From positions 12,462,001 to 12,526,000 of the forward strand of contig OX597818.1 in assembly GCA_951406725.2 (NCBI GenBank): DNA of 64,000 nucleotides, in the 5' to 3' direction. The stretch comes from Octopus vulgaris. Its lineage: Eukaryota. The translations under genes were made by a program, and so were the position numbers. A model generated the notes under the pieces. That model saw only the letters and a list, made by a program, of their open reading frames with translations. It did no database searches and was not told the DNA's origin. This document shows, one piece after another, positions 56,406 to 64,000 of the stretch (positions are counted from its first letter, which is position 1; each line of letters starts with the position of its first letter).

Positions 56406-56443
56406 TCTTTAACGTTTCGAGCCTACGCTCTTCAACAGAAAGA
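56406..56443 (-). ncRNA. Minimal hammerhead-like motif (variant core)
   Basis: TCTTT CTGTTGA A GAGC GTAG GCTC GAA ACGT T AAAGA: 5-bp stem I, 4-bp stem II, palindromic ACGT stem III; A6 replaced by U. Confidence 0.55.
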
Positions 56444-56619
56444 TACACAGAGAGAGAAAAACACAGAAAGAAGGAGAGAAAAAAAATGCGTGCAGTAGCT
56501 AACGAATCAACATGGCGATCTGATTTCGGCCAGAGGTCAAAGATCAAACATGAGACGCGAGAGCGAAATAAGGGGAGATAATAGGGTTGATAAGTGGGTT
56601 GAGGGACCAGCTAAAAGTG

Positions 56620-56950
56620 CGTGGGAGGGGTCTGGATGTGTGTATGTATAGGGTTGGTGTATGTATTAGTATGTATAAGGGTGTGTGTGTGTGTGTGTGT
56701 GTGTATGAGAGAGTATTAGTGCGTAAGATTGGTCTGGACGTGCGTATGTATGGGGTTGGTGTATGTATTAGTATGTATTAGTATGTATTAGTACGTATTG
56801 GTATGAATAGGTGTGTGTGTGTGTGTGAGAGAGAGTATAAGTGCGTATGCGGGGTCTGGACGTGTGTATGTATAGGGTTGGTGTAAGTATTAGTATGTAC
56901 TAGTATGTATTAGTACGTATTAGTATGTATTAGTTGGTGTGTGTATTAGT
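56620..56950. repeat. Three-unit ~100-120-bp tandem repeat in the PLE 3' region
   Basis: ggtctgga.gtg.gtatgtat.gggttggtgta.gtattagtatgta at ~56629, ~56731 and ~56853. Confidence 0.85.
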
Positions 56951-56982
56951 ATGGCACATCATATGTGATGTGATGTGTAAAG

Positions 56983-58440
56983 TCATGTGGTGTAGTGAGG
57001 AGAAGAGGGGGAGGGGGAGAAGAGGGGGAGAGAAGGGGAGGGGAAGAAGGGGGAGAGGAGAGGATGGGGGAGAAGGAAGGGGATGAGGGGGATGAAGGAG
57101 GAAAGAGGGAGAGGGGGAGAGAGAAGGGGAGAGAGGGAGTGAGGGAGCAGAGGGAAGGGGAAGAGGGAGGGAGAAAGAGGGAAGAAGGGAAGGGGAGTAG
57201 GGGGTGAAAGGATGAAGGACTGAAGAAGTAGGGGTCGGGGGGAAGGATAGGTGAGGAGGGGGGAGAGGGGGTTAGATGAGGAGGGGGGAGAGTTGAGACC
57301 AAATGGCGTATAAGAGCGAAGAGAGAAGATTAATTCCTGTTCACGGCGCAAACGGGAATCCGGATGGCCTCTGTGTAAGGACAAACCGAACACAGATAGG
57401 TGTTGCAAGGAGTGACCGGTGGAGCGGAAATGGCGTGAGACCGGTGTGTCGTTCGCAAGGTGGATGTCACGAAGGTGTTCCGCGAACCGGTCAGCCAAGC
57501 GGCGTCCCGTTTGTCCGATGTACAAGGAATTGCAGAGAGAGCAAGAGATGCAATAGATAATATTGCTGGAGGTGCAGGTGAAGGAGTGGATGATGGGATA
57601 GGGTCGATGGTGGGTGCTAGTGAGGCGGGTGGTGTTGGAGAGGTAAGGGCAAGTGCGGCAACGTGGGCGGGAGCAGGGGAACGAGCCGGGTTGGGAGGTA
57701 GGGTCAGGGAAGGAGCTATGGACCAAAAGGTCTCGAAGGTTGTGGGCTCGTTTGAAAGAGGGGAGGGGTCGGTTAGGGAAGAGGTGTGAAGTGGACGGGT
57801 CGGACTGGAGATGACGGAAAGCTCGAAGAATGGTGCGTTGGAGACGTAAGGTCGTGGGGTGGTAAGTGAGGGGAAAAGGGAGGCGGGAGACTACAGGGCG
57901 GGTTCGGGGAGAGAGAGCAGATACACGGTCCACGGACCGTGCTCTGGCAAGGGCGGTGTGGATAGTGGTGAGGGGGTATCCACGTAGGGTGAAGTGGTGA
58001 GCCATACGTTGAGACTGAGTCTCAAAGTCATGGTCGTCACTACAGAGCCTACGTAGACGGAGGAATTGGGAATAGGGGATGGAAAGCTTGGTGTGTTCTG
58101 GGTGGGAGGAAGAGAAGTTGAGGTATGAGTGTGAGTCTGTGTGTTTGTAGTGAATGGAGGTGGTAAGAGTGGAGTGAAGAATGCTAACCGAAATGTCGAG
58201 GAAGGAGACAGAGGTGTTGGAGATAGTGGAAGTGAAGTGGAGGGCTGGATGGAAAGATTGGACGAAAGAGAGGAAGGAATCTAGATGTTCGCGGGAGAGT
58301 GAGGTGGCACCGATAATGTCGTCAATATAACGACCATATAGTTCAGGAGTGGGACCAGTGAAATTAGAGAATATTTGGGCCTCAACATAGCCAACGAACA
58401 GGTTCGCATAGTTGGGGCCCATTCGCGTTCCCATGGCCAC
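56983..58440 (-). CDS. Penelope-like RT C-terminal half plus GIY-YIG endonuclease (5'-truncated, no true start)
   Basis: GVAMGTRMGPNYANLF, RYIDD, FLD, YLNFSSSHP, CSRPRCRTC, IIYCISC..C..LYIGQTGRRLADRFAEH, GLN. Confidence 0.9.
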   Translation of the reverse strand: MAMGTRMGPNYANLFVGYVEAQIFSNFTGPTPELYGRYIDDIIGATSLSREHLDSFLSFVQSFHPALHFTSTISNTSVSFLDISVSILHSTLTTSIHYKHTDSHSYLNFSSSHPEHTKLSIPYSQFLRLRRLCSDDHDFETQSQRMAHHFTLRGYPLTTIHTALARARSVDRVSALSPRTRPVVSRLPFPLTYHPTTLRLQRTILRAFRHLQSDPSTSHLFPNRPLPSFKRAHNLRDLLVHSSFPDPTSQPGSFPCSRPRCRTCPYLSNTTRLTSTHHRPYPIIHSFTCTSSNIIYCISCSLCNSLYIGQTGRRLADRFAEHLRDIHLANDTPVSRHFRSTGHSLQHLSVFGLSLHRGHPDSRLRREQELIFSLRSYTPFGLNSPPSSSNPLSPLLTYPSPRPLLLQSFILSPPTPLPFFPLSPSLFPFPLLPHSLSPLLSPPLPLSSFIPLIPFLLPHPLLSPFFPSPSLPLFSPSPSSPHYTT

Positions 58441-61071
58441 TCCCGAGATCTGATGATATATATATATATGTGTGTGTGTGTGTGTCTTAGATCTTTTAGT
58501 GGTGTATTCTAATTATCGGTATTTCTTTCTCTTTAGTGTAACTAGTTTGAATAATGCTTGATTAAGTATAATATGCCTAAAACCTTTAACTGGTACAGAT
58601 AGAATATTCAAGACTATCGTCTTTACCATTTAAGAGGAAAAATATCATCATCTTATATGCCATTTACGCTTCATCAAATTCCCTTTTTATGTTTTATTTC
58701 ATATGAATCGTAAATGAGTGAACTGTCAGAAACTGGGTTTTTGATTGTATATTATCTGCAGCATAAATCCATGTACAAAATATAGTTGATTAGCTTCACA
58801 TAACATTTTATTCCACGATTAATCTTGTTTAGTTTGTTGGTTAAAGGTGTTAAAAACTGAACAAAAATGAAGTGGATCCTCATAGATATCAGAAAATATT
58901 CCTCTTCTTGTAGAAATGTGATTTACTATAACAATACCCTTTCCCTATCAGCTGATTTCTTTCCTATTTTTTAATGACATTTGTAAAGTATATGCATAGT
59001 ATCGATATTAGCCAGTACTCATAGGCGGTTGTTATTAGCTAGGACACATCGCTAAAAAACTGAAAAATCTGTTAATAGGCTTATGGTAAGATCAACTGAA
59101 TAAGAGTAGACCTGTTTGTTATGCTTAGAAAATTTCTGCGGGTTTAATTTTGTAACGAAAGATTGCCAGCCGATATAACAAGGGTCTTCTTTTTCAGGCG
59201 CTATTTGTCTCTGAGTAGCCCTCGTTTTACAATATTATGTTTCTGTACTGTTTATTTTTGTTCAACTCTGTGTTTTTTGTTAGTAGCTTCATTTGAAACT
59301 GAGAGATTTGAATTTTATATTTTTGCCTTTTTTTTTTAATATTTGTTTCATTCATCATTCGTTTTTGACATCCTTATGGTGGTAGAACTAACAAGATACT
59401 TATTCTTTCTTCTTTTTAATTATTTTTCCTACTGCTGCATATATAAGACTTCATCTATCATGGGTATATTAATAATCGTATATTCCCTTTCTGGTTTACT
59501 TTCAAATCAGAGAATTTCTCTTTAGCTATATACATACATATATGCATGCATACAAACATACATACATATATATAGATGTTGCGGTAGTCTTCGTTTTGGA
59601 GCAGAATGTAGCTGTAGCATATGCATGTAATACATGTAATCTTGTATCCAATTACATTGCTTTTGTATTATTTGTAAAAATGCATGAGTAAGGCATGGTA
59701 TCATTTCCATCATTTATCAGATTTTTTCATTTGGTGCATGATCATGCTTATACATGTTTGTGTGAAATTTCTGCTTTAAAATGTAGAGACAAAAATATGT
59801 ATATTAGAATCAGCAAATAAGGATGCAAAATGGTAAATATATTGAAAAAAAAAGACTCATCTCAATGCACCCAAAGTGCTCTTTAGCCACTTCTGATCTT
59901 CAAAATAAATTTGATAGTATTACTGGATAAATTATCTGAAGATAACACAGGAGGAGGCTTGACTGAATAGATTTGAAAGTAAACGAAACGCAAAATAATA
60001 TTTATTTATTTTCTTAGAGCTTAGTTATTTCGTCAATATTATTATAGGATGCCGTTTATATAAATTAGACTAAATGTTGACTAAAAATACTTCAGTTACG
60101 TATATTTAAATGTATATATTTTAATGTGGATATTGTACTATTTTTCACTCAGATCGATGCGCAAAAATATATGCATCCCTGTAATATCTTTTTTATGACA
60201 GATAACATCTAACAGTAATCTTTAAACTACGAGTGGAAATGATATCGCAATGAGTATATAATGGCATTCACTTCTATTCTATATTTTGAATTCATATTAC
60301 GTCACAGCCGATGCTGCTCTTTATCACTTCAGTAACGATATTTTTAGTATCAGGCATTTATTGAAATCGATACATTGACTATACACTCTTCTACATATTC
60401 AAAACTTTATGCTTGCATAAGAAATATTATGGATTCCTTATATAAGAATAAACTCTCAAAATATGTAGATTGCTGCGGTCGATTAATTGAAATCCAATAC
60501 TACACTGTACTGTTTATCGGCAACGGATGTATGGAAAAGATTTGAACTAAGATCATAGAAGATCATAAATAGTTATCTTATGGCAGGTATATCGTCGTAC
60601 TATCCATTCTGGTATATGGACTTGCATATAAGTTACACATTTTGGTACATTGTATAACATTTCAAATGACTGGTATTAAACGTATTGAAATATAAGTTAA
60701 TAGCATATGCTAAAACGTCAATTGGACTTAGAATAGAGTATCACAATAGCTCTCATAACGTATAGTAGTCATATTTATACCTGAGAATGCATGTAGCTAT
60801 ACCATTCTAGCTATGTTTTAAACTCTCAAAAGTGATATGGGAATGCTAACTTATGTACTTTGCGTTGTTGAGCTGTTTATATATTTCCAGCGTTACTTTC
60901 TTTGATATTTCAAATTATGGCTCAAAGCTATGAATACTGGTGCCAACTGACTATTTATTCCATCGATGTTTATCTCTTGTAGCTTATCATACACAAACGT
61001 GTAAGGAGAAAAGTGGTAGAAAGCCAAAGTAGTTTTTGAAATGTTTTTGCAAAGTTTCCATGTATCGCACA

Positions 61072-61112
<41 letters not shown>

Positions 61113-63527
61113 TATATTTATAAAAATATATACATAGTTGTGTATGTGTGTGTCTATGGGAGTGTGTATGTATGTATATGTGTATACGTATACACATATA
61201 CATGCATACACGCACACATATAGACACACACACATCTATCTATACATAGGTATAAATCTTTATGAAATGTAGCCTTCAATAATATGCATCGTATATAAAC
61301 AGCAGAAAAACAAGAAAAGATAGAAGATAAAGTAACTAAAAAAGGCAGTTCCTCTCAGGTAATTTCAACTACTCATAAGAAAAACGTCAATAATCGTCAT
61401 GTCTTGAATAGTTACTCTCACTCACTTATACTTGCCGCGTTTCATAACATTATACTTTGAAGAGATAGAGAGATAGTATGATAAATGCACATCCAAAAGC
61501 TTTTGTATATTGTCGTCATCTAAACGATAAAGTTTTATGTCAGTTCGGTTTGTGATATATTTCATCAACTGCCAAGAATGGAACACAGGCTTAAAAATGA
61601 AAGAGATTTTAAAGTTTTTTTTTCAGACTATGTGTACAAATCTTCCTTTCTGTGAGCAATCGTATTTCGTATTTTCGGATTTTTCAAGTGACTAAAGTAA
61701 GGTTACACTTTGTATTGTATATGACTTATAGTTTAAGATATAAGATAGTTCTTAATGAATAACCACAAAAATACTAGCAATACGGAAAGTGAGGCAAAGG
61801 AAGAATATTACGCTCTCCCTTTAGAAGCCAACTATGCTTCCGTATATTTTCTGTGATTCTTATTTCCCTTTTGGTCTGAATATTTTTTTTTTAATACGAA
61901 ACATTATCGATTACTCATATAGATTGACAGTATTATTTTTCGACCAACCATATGAATTATTCTTGCAGTATTAGGCTGTAAATTAGCAAGTGTTAAATCA
62001 TCGGACGAAATACCTTTTGATACTTTTGCCGGTATCTTGCTTTCTGAGTTCAAATATCGCTGAGGTAATTTTTTTACTTACAGTTGTAGATTGTCAGAAT
62101 GGATGTCTTGCGATTTTGTATCTGCTTCAGATCCCAGGGGTACCTAGTTGGTGGAATTAATCTGTTGCCCGGCTAAAAATGACCCAAAACGTCTTAAGTA
62201 CATTTACCCGAACAGACTCTGTTGCGAGCATTCAGGCCAGTGTTCTGACTTCAGAATGTATACTTTTCTCCCTTTCACCACTCTCTAAGGCCCTGCAAGG
62301 GGTAATTGGCGTAGGTTTTCCTTCTGAATAAATGATAAATCTGGATATCAAACCTGTAACTCCGTATGCAGGGAAACTTCACGTAGACATAAATAAAAAC
62401 ATTTGTATTTGTATCATTTACTAAATCTTGAGTTCAAAAATCACTAACACAACTATCTTTTCAGTTCCAGTTTCCCTCTACCTACAAAACAGAAAAATAT
62501 AAATAAAGTGACTTTTCGAGGTGGCATTTACTGTAGTTCTCTCCTAATCGAAAAGATTTATTTCAGTCACTACAATCACTTAATTTGCAGATACAATGCG
62601 TGTAGGACTACATCTTTTAATGCTGTTTTCATTCCTTTAAATATGGTTTAGTATGTTTTTAGCAAGTTGTCTATTTGTTCGTGACCTACATACATCTTCC
62701 CTTCAGGAAAAAAATCTGATGCATTCTGCAAAGTATTTCTACATCCATAATACATTTCATTGCTTTCATAATTTCTTTGAACCTCTTTTGCTTTGTATCC
62801 CACTACATATAAAGGTACTATAACTGAGTGATAGCTATGCTAATAATGCCCTTAAATGCGTTATTGATGATTAGAAAGTATCCATTTAATAACCATTACA
62901 TCGTAGATAAGCGATTTCATATCATATATTTTGACTTCGCAGTGTAAACTCTTTCAAGTACTTTTATAAATGAAATTTAGCCGACAACACAAAAACTCAG
63001 TTATACACAGTCTTAATACATTTACGCACTGTGTTACGGAAATATATCACTTATTCAATTAATACTTAACATTATATGTTCGTGTTACATACATACATTC
63101 TTACATACTTATAAGTATGTATGTATACATGTATTTATGCATAGATATATGTGAAGCCCCTGGATTCAATGTAACATGAAAAGGGAAAACTAGAAAGAAA
63201 AGTATCTGTTTTCCTCAAGCGCGCTAAAAAGTCGAAGGAAGTCTCAGAAATCAAACAAAAGAACAATCAAAATACAAGGTTATAAATTTTGTTGAGTGAT
63301 GGAAAGGAGAAAAGAAGGAATGTTCTTATACTTCAAACCCTTTGTCCTTCTTGAAAGACATGTAGCAAGTAATAAAAAGAAAATAGCTCAAAGTATAAAA
63401 AAAGAATAGAGGGGAAAATAGTTTGTGGTATAGAGCACAGATGTAGTTAGTTTGGTGGCATGCAGTAAGGTAAATTGTGTGCATACCAGAACGTCTAAAG
63501 TATATGAAAAGAAAGCTATATTATAGA

Positions 63528-63924
63528 CTAGCAGTATCGCCCGGTGTTGCTCGGGTTTGTAAGGGAAATAACAATATAAGCATTTTTAGAGATGTAAAGT
63601 ATAATAGCCATCTCAATATGGCTAACCACAAAGGGGGGGGGGTGTTACTGTAGCTTTTTAGGTTCTGAGATTTAATAATACATTTTTAGAGAGTTACTTC
63701 CCTTATATAATAGCAAAAAAATACATTAAAAATGGGAAAAAATGATGGTAATTTTTTTTAAAACCGTAGACTCATCGTAGACGCACGCTAATACCCAGAA
63801 GGGCTCGATATGAATCACGACTATAAGATACCCGCTTTTGGTTAAACTGCACCGCAAAATGTGGGAGTTGTTAGGAATCTAAATCGTAGGAACAGACACA
63901 CAACTTCACTTTTATATATAAAGA
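63528..63924 (-). mobile_element. Complete non-autonomous Helitron, ~397 bp
   Basis: Minus strand A|TCTTTATATATAAAAG...cccgagcaacaccgggcgatactgCTAG|T with subterminal hairpin. Confidence 0.85.
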
Positions 63925-64000
63925 TTAAACAGCGGTACAAATATTAGGTAAAGACTGAGTAAATCTATTTCTTTCTTGCCCCCAAGGAACTAAATGCAGA

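Larger units (their letters stand above)
56307..58456 (-). mobile_element. 5'-truncated Penelope-like retroelement (Neptune-like Cys linker) inserted in (TA)n
   Basis: Contains the RT/GIY-YIG ORF, a 3' region with a hammerhead-like motif, and (TA)n at both junctions. Confidence 0.88.

Noticed and set aside
56946-57789. Alternative-frame and antisense ORFs over the PLE
   Set aside because: By-products of the GC-rich element and its purine tract.

Overview
AT-rich, microsatellite-dense animal genomic DNA. The repeat families and the receptor point to a coleoid cephalopod, probably Octopus (inference). It contains one host coding sequence: a single coding exon (20355..21548, minus) for a sex-peptide/myoinhibitory-peptide (allatostatin-B) receptor-type class A GPCR, preceded by a splice acceptor and a short uORF. 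The rest is intronic or intergenic and mostly transposon-derived: tRNA-derived SINEs, Helitrons, a cluster of R4/Dong-type non-LTR elements at trinucleotide repeats, several Penelope-like elements (one nearly intact) carrying hammerhead-ribozyme-like motifs, Tc1/mariner relics, an RTE-like relic and a solo LTR with a 4-bp TSD. The best leads are a well-formed hammerhead motif at 53384..53434, a solo LTR with two CRE sites and a perfect five-unit heat-shock element, and a ~270-bp fold-back just upstream of the GPCR exon. I see no evidence of a wholly new multi-gene system. Most short ORFs in the track are microsatellite artefacts. Repeat boundaries were read by eye and are approximate unless termini or TSDs are given.
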